A DNA stretch of 64,000 nucleotides from NCBI GenBank assembly GCA_036229005.1, contig JAZAMN010000049.1, positions 1 through 64,000 on the forward strand, written 5' to 3'. A model generated the notes under the pieces. It was not told where the DNA came from. It made no database searches and worked only from the letters and a program-made list of their open reading frames with translations. A program made the translations under genes and the position numbers. Source of the stretch: Myxococcota bacterium (GTDB lineage: Bacteria > Myxococcota_A > UBA796 > CAJQPC01). Below are positions 48,261 through 58,835 of this stretch, in pieces; the first letter of the stretch is position 1; each line of letters opens with the position of its first letter.

Positions 48261-51200
48261 GTGCCGACCTCACCGCCCCCCTTGCCCAGCCGCTACACCT
48301 GCCTCCACCGCCTGGGGACGGGCACGACCGCCCAGGTCTACCTGGCCCGCGACGAGGTGAACCAGCAGCAGGTCGCCTTCAAGGTCGTACGGCAGAACCT
48401 GGCCCTGCACCGCCGCTTCCGCGCCCGCTTCGCCCGCGAGGTCTCCCTCAGCGCGCGCCTGGTCCACCCCCACCTGGTGCCCGTCCATGACGCGGGCACC
48501 CTCAGCGATGGCCGCCCCTTCGTCGCGATGGCCTACGCGGATCAAGGCAACCTCAGCGACCTGCTGCGCCAGGGCCTGCGCACCACCCGCCTGCTCAAGC
48601 TCTGCGAGCAGGTCTGCCGTGCCCTCGCCGCCCTGCACAGCCGGGGCTTCCTGCACCTGGATCTCAAACCCGAGAACGTGCTGGTCCACACCGACTCCGA
48701 GGGTCAGCCCGCCGCCTGGCTCTCCGACCTGGGCATCGCCGACGAGGTCAGCGACCTGCTGCGATCCGCCCAGCGCAGCGCCGGCACCCCCACCTTCATG
48801 GCCCCCGAGCAGCTCCGTGGACACACCCAGGAGCTGGGCCCCTGGACCGATCTCTTCGCGGTGGGCCTGATCCTCCACGAGGCCCTGGGCGGCGTACGCG
48901 AAGACAGCATGCTCCCCGCCGAGCTCCTGGACCTGCGCCTGCGCGGCATGCCTGAGCTGGAGCCCCAGAGGGGCATCCCCGAAGAGCTCATCGTCCTGGT
49001 GCGCAACCTGCTGGATCCCGAGCCGCGCCAGCGCTACGACCGCGCCGCCGATGTCCGCCGACTGATCCGCGCCATCCGCAAGTCCATGGCCGAGGACGAC
49101 CCGGAGCTGCGCCTGGACCTCTCCGACGGTGAGTGGTCGATGATGGACCAGACCGGCCCCCTCCCCGGTGAGGCCTTCGTCGAGGAGGAGCCCGAGGCCC
49201 CCGTCGCTCTGCGCTGGAACCGCGTGCCCCCCGGCCGCCTTCCCAAGACCCCGCCCCTGCGCCCCCCCGCCGCGCCTCCCCCCGCATCCCTGGCCCTGCT
49301 GGCCCTGCGCGAGCGCCCCCTGGAGGAGCGCGACGCCGAGGTGCTCGAGGTCTGGTCCCAGGCCCACGAGGTCGTGGACACCCAGTCCGCCCGGGTGGTG
49401 CTGCTGACCGGTGGCGCGGGCTCGGGAAAGACCGCCTTCGCCAGGAACATCGGCCGGGTCCTGGAGGAGGGCGGCTGGATGGACGTGGTCACCCTGCGCT
49501 ACCACGAGCCCCCCAGCGCCGACGACGGGAGCACCGGCGCGGTCAGCGGCCTGCTGCTGCCCTGGCAGGACACCACCCAGGACCTCCAGGATCGCCTCTG
49601 TCGCTGGATCGCCCGCGACCGCGAGACCACCCTGGACCGCGTGAAGAACGAGGCCCGCGTGCTCACCCGCTGGTGCGGTCACAGCGGCGAGGGTCCCCCA
49701 CCTGATGCCGCCGTGGGGCTTCACTACCTGGTCCGCCACCTGGACCGCCGGGCCTGGCGCGGCGGGTCCTGCCTGATCCTGGATGACGCCCACCTGGCCC
49801 AGGAGCTCGGCGAGGGCCTCTCCCTGGCCGAGGCCATCCTGGAGGGCGCCATGGGCCGCCGCCCTCTGTTGGTCGTGGTGACCCTGGACAGCGAGGCCCT
49901 GGAGGGAAGCCTGGCCGAGCGCGTGGACAGCCTCGTTTCCCGCGGCGCCACCCGCATCGAGCTGCAACCCCTGGGGGCCGAGGCCGCCCAGCGCATGCTG
50001 GAGAAGAGCTACCAGGTCGCCCCCGAGCTGGCCGAGCGCCTGGCGCACTACATGCCCAACCACCCCTTCTATGCCGGGGCCTTGCTGCGGGATCTCGCCG
50101 CCCGCGGACACCTCGACACCACAGAAGCGGGGGAGCTGGTGTTGAAGGAGGGGAAGCAGCTCGCGAACCTGATCCCCCCATCGCTGGAGAAGCTGTTCTC
50201 TTCGCGCCTCCAGGCAGCTCTGTATGCAGCCGAGGACAACGAGGCCGCGAACCTGGCCCTGGCCGCCATCGCCCTGGCCGGCCCCCGGCCCCCCGTGGCT
50301 GTCATCAAGCACATCTCCGAGGGCGGCGTGGACTCCCTGATGGCCAGCGGCCTGGTCCTCCAGGAGGCCGGGATGCTGCGCTTCGAGGAGCAGCGCCTGC
50401 GCGCGGTGGCCATCGACCACGCCCACAAGCACGCCAACGTTCCCGCCATCCACGCCTCCCTGGCGCAGGGGTGGGCCGCCCTGGGCGAGCGCACGGGCGC
50501 GATCGTCGACCTGCCGCTCGGGCGCCACCGCCTCCGCGCCGGTCAGCACCGCCGGGCCGTCCCCCTGCTCCTGCGCAGCGCCCGCCACCTGCTCGCCTCC
50601 AACCGCTACGCCGCCGCCGGGCGGGCCGCTGGGCTCGCCGGAGAGGCCGCCGATGCACTGGACACCCTCTCCCAACGCCAGGAAGCCCGCCGGCTCCAGG
50701 CCGAGGCCCTGCTGGGACTGGAGCGCACCGACGAGGCCCTGGAGAAGGTCCGCGAGGCCCGGCAGCTCGGCAAGGGCGAGCGCCTCGTGCGCGCCCGCAT
50801 GGTCTCCCTGGAGGCCCGCATCAACCTGGAGCTGGGCCGCAGCGAGCGGGCCGCCGAGCTCGCCGAGAGCGCCTTCCAGGGCTTCTGGGCGCTGCGCGAT
50901 CGCGAGGGCCAGGCCGAGGTCGCGCTGCTCCGCGGACAGCTCGCCCGCGCCGAGAACCGCCTCAAGGACGCCGTCGAGCAGTTCGAGCTGGTCCTGAGCC
51001 ACCGCCCCGTCTGGCACCCCAGCACCGTGGCCGCGCTCTCCGCCCTGGCCGAGCTCTGCCTTCACCAGGGCCAGCCCAAGCGCGCCCGCCGGGCCGTACA
51101 CCACCTGGCAGACGCCGCGCGCCGCACCGGCAACACCCGCATCTCCTCGGCCGCCAACTTCGCCGCCGGGCGCGTCATGCTCGCCGAGGGCCACTACGAA

Positions 51201-51725
51201 GAAGCCGACCGCCTCTTCCAGTCCTCCCGGGCCAACGCCGCCGCCGCCGGCGAGGTGCGCATGCAGCTCAACGCCCTCAACGGCCGAGGCGAGGTCGCCC
51301 GGCTGCGCGGACAGGTGGAGCGCGCGCGACAGATCTACGAGACCTACGGCTCCCTGGCCCACGCCAAGGGCTTCTTCCTGCTGGAGGCCGTCTCGATCAT
51401 CAACCGCGCCCTGCTGGCCCTCAACGGCAGCGATCTGCACCAGGCGGAGACCCTCGCCATCCAAGCCGCCCAGGTCATGGCCACCCGCCCCCGCTCCTGG
51501 CTGTGGCTGCACATCGCCATGATCCGCGCCGCCGCCGCCGCGCAGGCCGGTGACCTCGACCGCACCACCCAGTGGTGGGAGCTCGCGCGGGAACGGGGCC
51601 TGGAGGATGTGCGCACCAGCGACCTCTACGGCCCCCTCCGCCTCGTCTCCCAGAGCGCGGAGCGGCACGGCTGGGCAGATCTCCAGGCCAGCGCCAGCCG
51701 GATCCTGGCGCGGATCGCCCGCTGA
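48261..51725 (+). CDS. Ser/Thr protein kinase with P-loop NTPase and TPR domains
   Basis: LGTGTTAQV, VAFK, HLDLKPEN, DLG, GTPTFMAPE; GGAGSGKT, LILDDAH; TPR C-terminus; start uncertain. Confidence 0.9.
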   Translation: MPTSPPPLPSRYTCLHRLGTGTTAQVYLARDEVNQQQVAFKVVRQNLALHRRFRARFAREVSLSARLVHPHLVPVHDAGTLSDGRPFVAMAYADQGNLSDLLRQGLRTTRLLKLCEQVCRALAALHSRGFLHLDLKPENVLVHTDSEGQPAAWLSDLGIADEVSDLLRSAQRSAGTPTFMAPEQLRGHTQELGPWTDLFAVGLILHEALGGVREDSMLPAELLDLRLRGMPELEPQRGIPEELIVLVRNLLDPEPRQRYDRAADVRRLIRAIRKSMAEDDPELRLDLSDGEWSMMDQTGPLPGEAFVEEEPEAPVALRWNRVPPGRLPKTPPLRPPAAPPPASLALLALRERPLEERDAEVLEVWSQAHEVVDTQSARVVLLTGGAGSGKTAFARNIGRVLEEGGWMDVVTLRYHEPPSADDGSTGAVSGLLLPWQDTTQDLQDRLCRWIARDRETTLDRVKNEARVLTRWCGHSGEGPPPDAAVGLHYLVRHLDRRAWRGGSCLILDDAHLAQELGEGLSLAEAILEGAMGRRPLLVVVTLDSEALEGSLAERVDSLVSRGATRIELQPLGAEAAQRMLEKSYQVAPELAERLAHYMPNHPFYAGALLRDLAARGHLDTTEAGELVLKEGKQLANLIPPSLEKLFSSRLQAALYAAEDNEAANLALAAIALAGPRPPVAVIKHISEGGVDSLMASGLVLQEAGMLRFEEQRLRAVAIDHAHKHANVPAIHASLAQGWAALGERTGAIVDLPLGRHRLRAGQHRRAVPLLLRSARHLLASNRYAAAGRAAGLAGEAADALDTLSQRQEARRLQAEALLGLERTDEALEKVREARQLGKGERLVRARMVSLEARINLELGRSERAAELAESAFQGFWALRDREGQAEVALLRGQLARAENRLKDAVEQFELVLSHRPVWHPSTVAALSALAELCLHQGQPKRARRAVHHLADAARRTGNTRISSAANFAAGRVMLAEGHYEEADRLFQSSRANAAAAGEVRMQLNALNGRGEVARLRGQVERARQIYETYGSLAHAKGFFLLEAVSIINRALLALNGSDLHQAETLAIQAAQVMATRPRSWLWLHIAMIRAAAAAQAGDLDRTTQWWELARERGLEDVRTSDLYGPLRLVSQSAERHGWADLQASASRILARIAR

Positions 51726-51773
51726 CATCAGCCCGTCGCTTCTCGGCGGCAGACAGGTGGTTAATCCACCTCC

Positions 51774-54368
51774 ATGAACGACATCCTGCAGACCGCGAGC
51801 GCCCTCGAGCTGGGCGATATCCGCCGCCACATCCCCCTGGACGGCAACCTGCCCTACCCCGCTGGCGGGAGCGCCAAGGCCCACCTGGTCCAGAGCGGCA
51901 GCGGCGTCTGGCTCATCGCGCAGGCCCCCGGCCGCGATCCCATCCAGCGCAGCGTGGCCGGCAACCCGACCCTGCGTCTGGAGACGCGCATGCTCGGCGA
52001 CCGCCTCCACCTGGACGGTCAGAGCTTCGGCATCCCCTTCGGCCGCAGCCAGGACGTCCGCTTGGCGATCGGCGCCGGTCGCGTCTTCGCGGAGCGCCCC
52101 GTCAGCGGCCCCATCACCCCGGTGGAGGGCGTGTTCTGTGACCCCGCCGAGGAGACCGCCCAGGCCTGGCTGCGCGCCAACCTCGAGCCCGAAGAGCGCG
52201 TGCTGGCCTGGCTCTCCAGCAGCGAGTCCCGCGCCCTCGGCTCCGAGATCATCGACAGCGACGTCGCGCCCGTCCGCTACCTGCTGACCTCCGAGCGCGC
52301 CCTGCTCGTCATCATCAACGAGGTCGCCGACCGCCTCATCCTCCCTCTCCCCCGCGAGCCCCTGGGCGTCGAAGAGGGCGGCGGCCGCCGGGAGATCCGC
52401 AGCGGCCACCAGCGCTGGACCTCCACCCGCACCAACGTGGCCCTCTACCGCGGCGTGGCCGAGCTCCAGGGCAAGCAGCGCTCCGGGCGTCTGCGCAGCG
52501 CGGCCCAGGCCAACCACGGCGCGCACCCCCAGATCGCCGCCCACCTGCTGGGGGCCATCGGGAGCGACGCCACCCCCGTCGACGGCCTGATCACCGCCCT
52601 CTTCCGCGGCCAGATCGGCGACCAGGACGCCCCCAAGGACCGCGTCCTGCTCAAGCTGATCCGGCAGGTCCGCAGCACCCACGAAGACTCCTTCGAGCTC
52701 CTGGATCTGCTCCAGCGCTGGTCCCTCGGCGGCCCCGAGCTCATGCGCATCGTCAAGCTGGGCGTGGACGACGCCCCCGAGTCCGCCGAGTGGTTCCTGG
52801 CGCTGCACCGCGCCGCCCACCAGGCCGCCACCGGAGAGGGCGCCGAGGCCGCCGCCGCCGATCTCGCCCTCGCCGAGCACCTGCTGTTGGCCGGCCGCCA
52901 GGACGAGGCCCTGGTCCTCCTCGAAGACCGCTTCGCCTCCCTGCCCGACGAGCAGCTCTCCGACCTGCTGCCCCCCCTGGACGCCGACCTCACCGAGGGC
53001 CAGGCCGGTCAGGCCCTGCGCATCCGCACCCTGGAGCTGCTGGCCGCCGCCCGCGGCGACACCCGCCCGGATCTCCCCACCGTCGCCGAGCTGGCGCGCC
53101 TCCAGCCTCTGGTCAGCGAGCGCCTGCAGCTCCTGGTCGAAGAGAGCGCCGACCGCCTCGACATGGAGGAGCTCAACCTCCGGGCCACCCAGTGCCTCGC
53201 GCTCTTCAAGGATCTCTCCGCCGGCGAGGACAGACTGGAGCCGACCGCACCCCCGCCCGCGTTCGACGGCACCCAGCTTGAGATGCTGCGGCACCCCGCG
53301 GCCCGCAGCGAGGGCACGCTGTCCTGGCTCCAGGGCTGGCTGGCCCGCCAGAAGCGCCCGGACGCCGTCACCATCAAGAACTATTGCGAGCGCCTCAGCC
53401 CGCAGCGCCACAAGCCCGCCGTGCGGGCCCTCACCCAGTCCGTCTCGGCGCTGGGGCTCCCTGGGGTCGAGGCCTACATCAGCCACGGCGAGCTGGCCCA
53501 CGGCCTGCGCGCCTACCACGACGACCCCCACTACCTGCTGATCGGTGGTGCCCACCTCTACGACGAGGACGCCGACTACATGCGCCCCGCCGAGCTGCGC
53601 TTCGCGGTCGGCGCGGAGATGGCGCACATCCGCTTCGAGCACACCCGCGTGACCAGCGGCGAGGTCTGGGACGGCACCGTGGACAAGCTCAGCTCCGCGC
53701 TGGACATCGCCGCGACCGCCCTGACCCTGGGCTCCTACGCCCCCGTGGGCAAGGTCCTGGAGTCCAAGACCACCCACAAGCTGCTCTCCTCGCTGTTCTC
53801 GCCGACCACGCTCCAGCGCATCTACAAGGGCACGGACGGCGCCAAGGCCATCACCACGGTGGGCGGCGACTTCACCCAGGCCCTCAAGAAGGGCGCGGAC
53901 GGCGCCGGCCGGGCCCAGACCCTGAGCATCGCCGCCAAGGGCGCCATGGAGCGCGTGCGCGGCGTGGGTGTGGCCGCCCCCGCGGGCGGGCGCTCCAGCC
54001 TGGGGGTGGACGAGCAGAAGCTCATCGTGGCCCACCGCGTCATGCAGCTCACCGCCGATCGCGTCGGCCTGGTGCTGTGCGGGGACATCCGCTCCGCTGT
54101 GCGCGCGCTCTTCCTGAGCTCCGCCCGCTACCTGCCCGAGCTGGCCATCGCGGAGGAGCACGGGCTGGACCACGCCCTGCAGCGCCGGGACAGCGAGGGC
54201 CGCATCCTGCACCAGGACCTGGCCATCCGGGTGGGCGCCCTGATCTCCTTCTACCTGAGCGCTGAGTACGAAGCCCTCCGCACCTCACTGGCGCCCAAGC
54301 GTGCACAGCTTGGGTCTTCGGACCTGGCGACGGCGCAGCCGTTGCCGGCCGGAGCCGGCGAGGAGTAG
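51774..54368 (+). CDS. Large protein with C-terminal degenerate M48-peptidase-like domain
   Basis: ELRFAVGAEMAHIR and QLTADRVGLVLCGD resemble M48 motifs but lack full HExxH/ExxAD. Confidence 0.7.
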   Translation: MNDILQTASALELGDIRRHIPLDGNLPYPAGGSAKAHLVQSGSGVWLIAQAPGRDPIQRSVAGNPTLRLETRMLGDRLHLDGQSFGIPFGRSQDVRLAIGAGRVFAERPVSGPITPVEGVFCDPAEETAQAWLRANLEPEERVLAWLSSSESRALGSEIIDSDVAPVRYLLTSERALLVIINEVADRLILPLPREPLGVEEGGGRREIRSGHQRWTSTRTNVALYRGVAELQGKQRSGRLRSAAQANHGAHPQIAAHLLGAIGSDATPVDGLITALFRGQIGDQDAPKDRVLLKLIRQVRSTHEDSFELLDLLQRWSLGGPELMRIVKLGVDDAPESAEWFLALHRAAHQAATGEGAEAAAADLALAEHLLLAGRQDEALVLLEDRFASLPDEQLSDLLPPLDADLTEGQAGQALRIRTLELLAAARGDTRPDLPTVAELARLQPLVSERLQLLVEESADRLDMEELNLRATQCLALFKDLSAGEDRLEPTAPPPAFDGTQLEMLRHPAARSEGTLSWLQGWLARQKRPDAVTIKNYCERLSPQRHKPAVRALTQSVSALGLPGVEAYISHGELAHGLRAYHDDPHYLLIGGAHLYDEDADYMRPAELRFAVGAEMAHIRFEHTRVTSGEVWDGTVDKLSSALDIAATALTLGSYAPVGKVLESKTTHKLLSSLFSPTTLQRIYKGTDGAKAITTVGGDFTQALKKGADGAGRAQTLSIAAKGAMERVRGVGVAAPAGGRSSLGVDEQKLIVAHRVMQLTADRVGLVLCGDIRSAVRALFLSSARYLPELAIAEEHGLDHALQRRDSEGRILHQDLAIRVGALISFYLSAEYEALRTSLAPKRAQLGSSDLATAQPLPAGAGEE

Positions 54369-54369
54369 C

Positions 54370-56139
54370 TCAGGCGGTGGGGGCAGCGGTGGTGTCCGCC
54401 TCGGTTCCCTCTCCTCCCTCTGGAGCCTTCCGGGCGCGGAAGCGGGCGATGTCCACCTGCAGGGACTCCCAGTTGAGCCACAGGATCATCACGCCGGTGT
54501 AGAGCATCAGGCCCCAGGCCATCCAGCCGATGTGCACCACGCGCCAGTGGGAGTGGTTCTGCTGCACCCAGTTGATGGCGGACTCCAGCGCGAAGAGCCC
54601 AGCCAGCCCGACGGCGTTGCGGCCCTTGGAGAGATCGCCCGCGTGCATGGCGACCAGGGTCCCGCGGATGACGTAGTAGTAGTAGCTGGCGGTGGCCATC
54701 AGGAAGAAGGGCACCACGCCAAAGGCGAAGGCCTCGTCGTCGTCCTTGCGGCGCAGACCCAGGCCCAGGAGCAGGACCAGCAGGATGGCCACGGGCTGAC
54801 GCCAGGACTTCTGCATGGCGATGCGCGTGCGGCGGCCGGCGTTCATGCGGTTGTTGAAGCTGGGCTTGGGGCGGCCCTGGGTCACGTAGGTCAGGGACTG
54901 GCCCATCTCCTCGGGCAGGAACGCGGCGCCGATGGCGAAGCCCTGGCGCATGGAGGAGAGGTTCTCTTCGGTCGTGTGCTCGAAGAGGTTCTCGAAGTGC
55001 TTCTCGATGGGCTGCGCGGAGCCGAAGGTGGCCACGACCCCGCCCCACAGGGCCAGGTGCACCGCGAAGAACAGGCCGCCCAGCTTGAGCAGGGGCATCG
55101 GGAAGGGCCGCGGCGAGGACACCTTGCGGGCCTTGTCCCAGGCCCACTCCCCCAGCTCGATGGCGCCCTTGACCGCGGGGCCGAAGAGCCAGACGGCGGG
55201 GAAGACGCGGAAGGCGGTGGACAGGGCGGTGGCGGCGCCGGCCCAGCCGTGCTTGAGCTTCTTGAGCAGGGCCGTGGCGATGATCAGCAGCGAGACGTAG
55301 TCGTAGCGGCCGAAGGCCCAGGTCAGGGTCGGCCAGCGCATGCTGTAGGTGGTCATCAGGAAGAGCAGCAGCCAGGCGGCGGCCTCGAAGCCGTAGGCCC
55401 AGGCCACGAAGCCCACGGCCACCAGCAGCCAGGCCAGGTCGGTGTAGCCCAGCAGCTTGACCCACTCGACGGGGACGGCCTGCGCCATGGGCTTGGCGAT
55501 CATCACCCAGGTGGGCGCGCCGTTGAAGCCGTGGTCCCAGACCATCTGCTCCCAGGTGCTCTGGGTGAAGCCCACGACGTTGCGCTGCAGGTACACAAAG
55601 TCGTGCTTGAACTGCTCCCACTGCTCGGGGGAGTCGAAGAGCGCGCGGATGCGCTCGTGCTCGGCCTTGTCGCGGGCGAAGGCGCCGTACTCGACGAAGT
55701 AGTAGCCCTGCTCCTCGGTCTGGAACTGCACCGTGGGGGGCATGCGGAAGTGGGGGCCGCCCTCCTCCAGGTCCGCGAGCAGCACCGCCGGGTAGAGCTC
55801 GAAGTAGCCGAGCTGATCGTAGTAGCGGGCGTTGAGGTAGTAGTGGGTGAGGTCGTAGGCGTCGACGCGCCCCGCCTTCACGTCGCCCAGGCCGTAGACA
55901 TAGGTCCAGTCGTGGCGGGCGTAGTTCTCCACGGACATCAGGGTCAGGCCGCCCAGCAGCGCGAGCAGGCCGATGCGGCTGCCCTTGGCGAGCTTGTCCT
56001 GACGGGGCTTGAGCCAGCGATTCCAGGCCCAGAAGAGCAGGACGAGCACGGCGGCGGCGCCGGCCAGCCACACCTTCATCTCTTCGGTCTGGTTTCGGGA
56101 CAGGCGGGTGAAGGCCCACCACTGGTTGAGGATGTCCAT
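54370..56139 (-). CDS. Polytopic membrane protein, GT-C/GT87-like
   Basis: Many TMs with a periplasmic loop; YDLTHYYL, DHGFNGAPTW, RVFP, YYYY. Confidence 0.6.
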   Translation of the reverse strand: MDILNQWWAFTRLSRNQTEEMKVWLAGAAAVLVLLFWAWNRWLKPRQDKLAKGSRIGLLALLGGLTLMSVENYARHDWTYVYGLGDVKAGRVDAYDLTHYYLNARYYDQLGYFELYPAVLLADLEEGGPHFRMPPTVQFQTEEQGYYFVEYGAFARDKAEHERIRALFDSPEQWEQFKHDFVYLQRNVVGFTQSTWEQMVWDHGFNGAPTWVMIAKPMAQAVPVEWVKLLGYTDLAWLLVAVGFVAWAYGFEAAAWLLLFLMTTYSMRWPTLTWAFGRYDYVSLLIIATALLKKLKHGWAGAATALSTAFRVFPAVWLFGPAVKGAIELGEWAWDKARKVSSPRPFPMPLLKLGGLFFAVHLALWGGVVATFGSAQPIEKHFENLFEHTTEENLSSMRQGFAIGAAFLPEEMGQSLTYVTQGRPKPSFNNRMNAGRRTRIAMQKSWRQPVAILLVLLLGLGLRRKDDDEAFAFGVVPFFLMATASYYYYVIRGTLVAMHAGDLSKGRNAVGLAGLFALESAINWVQQNHSHWRVVHIGWMAWGLMLYTGVMILWLNWESLQVDIARFRARKAPEGGEGTEADTTAAPTA

Positions 56140-56264
56140 GAGCCCGGAGATACACCGGCAACCCCCGACCGGCCACCGCATCCTTGCGCATCTTGCGCTG
56201 CATCCCGCCCCCCGGGCTTGCAGTCGGCCCCTCAACGGGTGAGGTGCCGCACTCGGAGGTGACC

Positions 56265-58787
56265 GTGTTTCTCGCATTGCTCGCGACCCTTTCCTGCACC
56301 GGCTCCAGCCCCGCGGAGCTCACCGGCCAGGGAATCGTGGTGTCCGCGCCCACCCGAGAGGCGCGGGTCGAGCAGGCCCTGGAGCGCGCCGGCGCTGCCC
56401 GCCTGAACGAGGGACTGGTGGCTGCGCTCGTCGGTCACGAGGCCAAGATCTGGGCCGACGCCCCCGAGAAGATCAAGGACATGCCCCCCGGCATCGAGGT
56501 CAGCGACGCCTTCGGCAGCGCCGAGCGCAGCGCGCTGTTCTGGGGCACCGACGAGCAGGCCCTGCACCAGGCCATGCTGGACGACGGCGCCTCGCTGCTC
56601 TTCCTTCGCTGGGACATCAGCGGCAGCGTCGATCGGGGCAAGTGGGTGGCCAGCCGGCTGTACCACGACGACTACCGCCAGTTCTTCACCCTGGTGGCCC
56701 TGGACGACCACTACCGCGTCTACCAGGTCAACCCCCAGCCCAAGCAGTTCCCCCCCCAGCTCGCCCAGCTCACGGCGGAGGCGGTGCGCGCCGGGCTGCG
56801 CGGCGAGGAGATCCCTCCCCTGCCCAACCTCCCCACCGAGGACGGCAAGAAGTGGAACCTGCTCGCCACCATCCGCCTGGAGGGCGGCCGGGAGTTGGCC
56901 ACCGGGATGTGCTTCCGCGACACCTACGACGCCTGCGTGCGTGAGCTGGCCCGCGACCTGGAGCGCGAGCACCGCCGCTACGTGGAGTGGTACGGCGGCC
57001 CCAAGATCAAGGACCAGGCGGACGACTTCCTGATCCACGTCCACCGCGTCACCGAGCGGGCCCCCCTCTACGCCACCCAGCGCGAGCAGCTCGAGGTGCT
57101 CTTCGAGCGCGGCATCGACGGCGCCGTCATCCTGGAGCCCGAGAACGCCAAGGCCGCCATCATCCCCGGCAGCGTGGCCTACACCCGCAGCTACATCAGC
57201 GTGGACCGCATGCTGCGCCACGGCGCCCAGGAGTTCCACCTGGGGTCCCTGCGTCCCTGGCGCGAGCCCGAGAACCGCCTGGAGAAGATGCGGACCATCG
57301 AATACCTCCAGCTCCCCCCCAGCCCAGAGTACCCCCAGGCCCGCCTGGTGCCCCTGTTCCGCGGCGTCCCCCCGGTGCCCATGGAGAGCGTGGACATCCA
57401 GCGCCTGGAGGAGTCCGTCGTGGCCGCGGGCGACTGGTACATCCGCAACCTGCACCCCAACGACCAGCCCCTGAACTACGCGCCTGGGCAGGTCACCTAC
57501 AAGATGTGGCCCTCGGAGAACCGCTACTCCAACGAGTACAACCTGGTGCGCCACACCCTCTCGACCTGGAACCTGGTCCTGGCCTGGAACATCGAGCCCA
57601 AGCCTGAGTTCATCGAGGGCGCCCGCCGCTCCCTGGACTGGACCCTGAGCTGGGCCAAGACCGAGACCCTGCCCGACGGCACCAAGATGACCTTCATCGA
57701 GTACCCCCAGCTCGATGAGAACGGCCACAAGCGCCTGGTCGGCGACCCCAGCACGCCCCCCGCGGCCCTGGACGACCTCAACCCGGCCCACAACCGCAAG
57801 CTGGGCTCCGTGGTCGTCGGCCTGATGGGCATGATCGACCTCGCCCGCGCCACGGACGACCACCAGTGGGACGACCTGATGGTCGAGATGGGCAACTTCG
57901 TGCTGCACATGCAGGAGGACGACGGGCGCTTCAACCCCTACTACGTCCCCCCCACGCACCCGTACTACGGCGAGCGCAACGACATCGTCCCCGGCGAGGC
58001 CGCCCTGGCCCTGGTCATGCTCTACGAGTACACCGGCGACGAGAAGTGGATCGAGCCCATCCCCCGCTACTTCCAGTTCTACGAGGGCTGGTGGGACGAG
58101 CGCGTCGACCGCAACAACACCTCGCTGGCGTGGCCCGAGAACTACTACCCCAACGACCAGGACCGCCTGGATCTGGTGCAGTTCGGCCCCTGGAGCGTGA
58201 TGGCCGCCAACGCCTACCACCGCGCCACCGGCGACGACTCCGGCACCGACTTCGCCATGCGCGTGGGCGAGTGGATGATCGACAGCTACCAGTGGGACGA
58301 AGAGCGCGCCCCCTGGCCCGACTACGTGGGCGGCTACTACAAGAACCCCGCCGAGCTGCCCGCCATGCAGGCCTTCTGCTACGCCGAGGGCACCGCCGCC
58401 GCCTACCAGCTCGCCCTGCGCGCCCGCCCCGAGAAGCGCGAGTACTTCGAGCGCCACACCCGCGAGACCGCCCGCATCGCCCTGCAGATGCAGTACGACG
58501 ACCTGAGCGTCTACCCCTTCTCCCGCGGCGACGAGGTCTGGGGCTCCACCCGCTACACCCTGACCCAGACCAAGACCCGCATCGACTACGTGCACCACGC
58601 CCTGTCCGCGGTCTACCAGTACATCGAGGCCGCCAAGGTGGACCCCGACCTGCCCGCCAGCGTCAAGGTCTCCCCCCTGCGCCAGCAGATGGAGGCGATG
58701 GAGGCCCAGGCCCGCGGTGAGACCCCCGAGAGCGGAGCCCCGACCGCCCCCGTGCCCCCCAAGCAGGACCAGGCCGGGCAGGAGTAG
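56265..58787 (+). CDS. Lipoprotein with AMMECR1-like segment and C-terminal alpha/alpha-toroid domain
   Basis: LSC lipobox, GGAGG RBS; GIDG, YNLVRH, KLG, PGEAALAL, RIDYVHHALSA. Confidence 0.6.
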   Translation: MFLALLATLSCTGSSPAELTGQGIVVSAPTREARVEQALERAGAARLNEGLVAALVGHEAKIWADAPEKIKDMPPGIEVSDAFGSAERSALFWGTDEQALHQAMLDDGASLLFLRWDISGSVDRGKWVASRLYHDDYRQFFTLVALDDHYRVYQVNPQPKQFPPQLAQLTAEAVRAGLRGEEIPPLPNLPTEDGKKWNLLATIRLEGGRELATGMCFRDTYDACVRELARDLEREHRRYVEWYGGPKIKDQADDFLIHVHRVTERAPLYATQREQLEVLFERGIDGAVILEPENAKAAIIPGSVAYTRSYISVDRMLRHGAQEFHLGSLRPWREPENRLEKMRTIEYLQLPPSPEYPQARLVPLFRGVPPVPMESVDIQRLEESVVAAGDWYIRNLHPNDQPLNYAPGQVTYKMWPSENRYSNEYNLVRHTLSTWNLVLAWNIEPKPEFIEGARRSLDWTLSWAKTETLPDGTKMTFIEYPQLDENGHKRLVGDPSTPPAALDDLNPAHNRKLGSVVVGLMGMIDLARATDDHQWDDLMVEMGNFVLHMQEDDGRFNPYYVPPTHPYYGERNDIVPGEAALALVMLYEYTGDEKWIEPIPRYFQFYEGWWDERVDRNNTSLAWPENYYPNDQDRLDLVQFGPWSVMAANAYHRATGDDSGTDFAMRVGEWMIDSYQWDEERAPWPDYVGGYYKNPAELPAMQAFCYAEGTAAAYQLALRARPEKREYFERHTRETARIALQMQYDDLSVYPFSRGDEVWGSTRYTLTQTKTRIDYVHHALSAVYQYIEAAKVDPDLPASVKVSPLRQQMEAMEAQARGETPESGAPTAPVPPKQDQAGQE

Positions 58788-58835
58788 ACTGGGCGCCCCG
58801 GGGGTCCTGGCCCCCTCCCTTCACCCGGACGGTCC

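Noticed and set aside
48270..54212. 1980-aa minus-strand ORF, and similar long ORFs at 1540-4383, 11182-13824, 32524-35202 and 56232-58598
   Set aside because: Antisense shadows of real genes, expected with strong GC3 bias; no recognisable motifs
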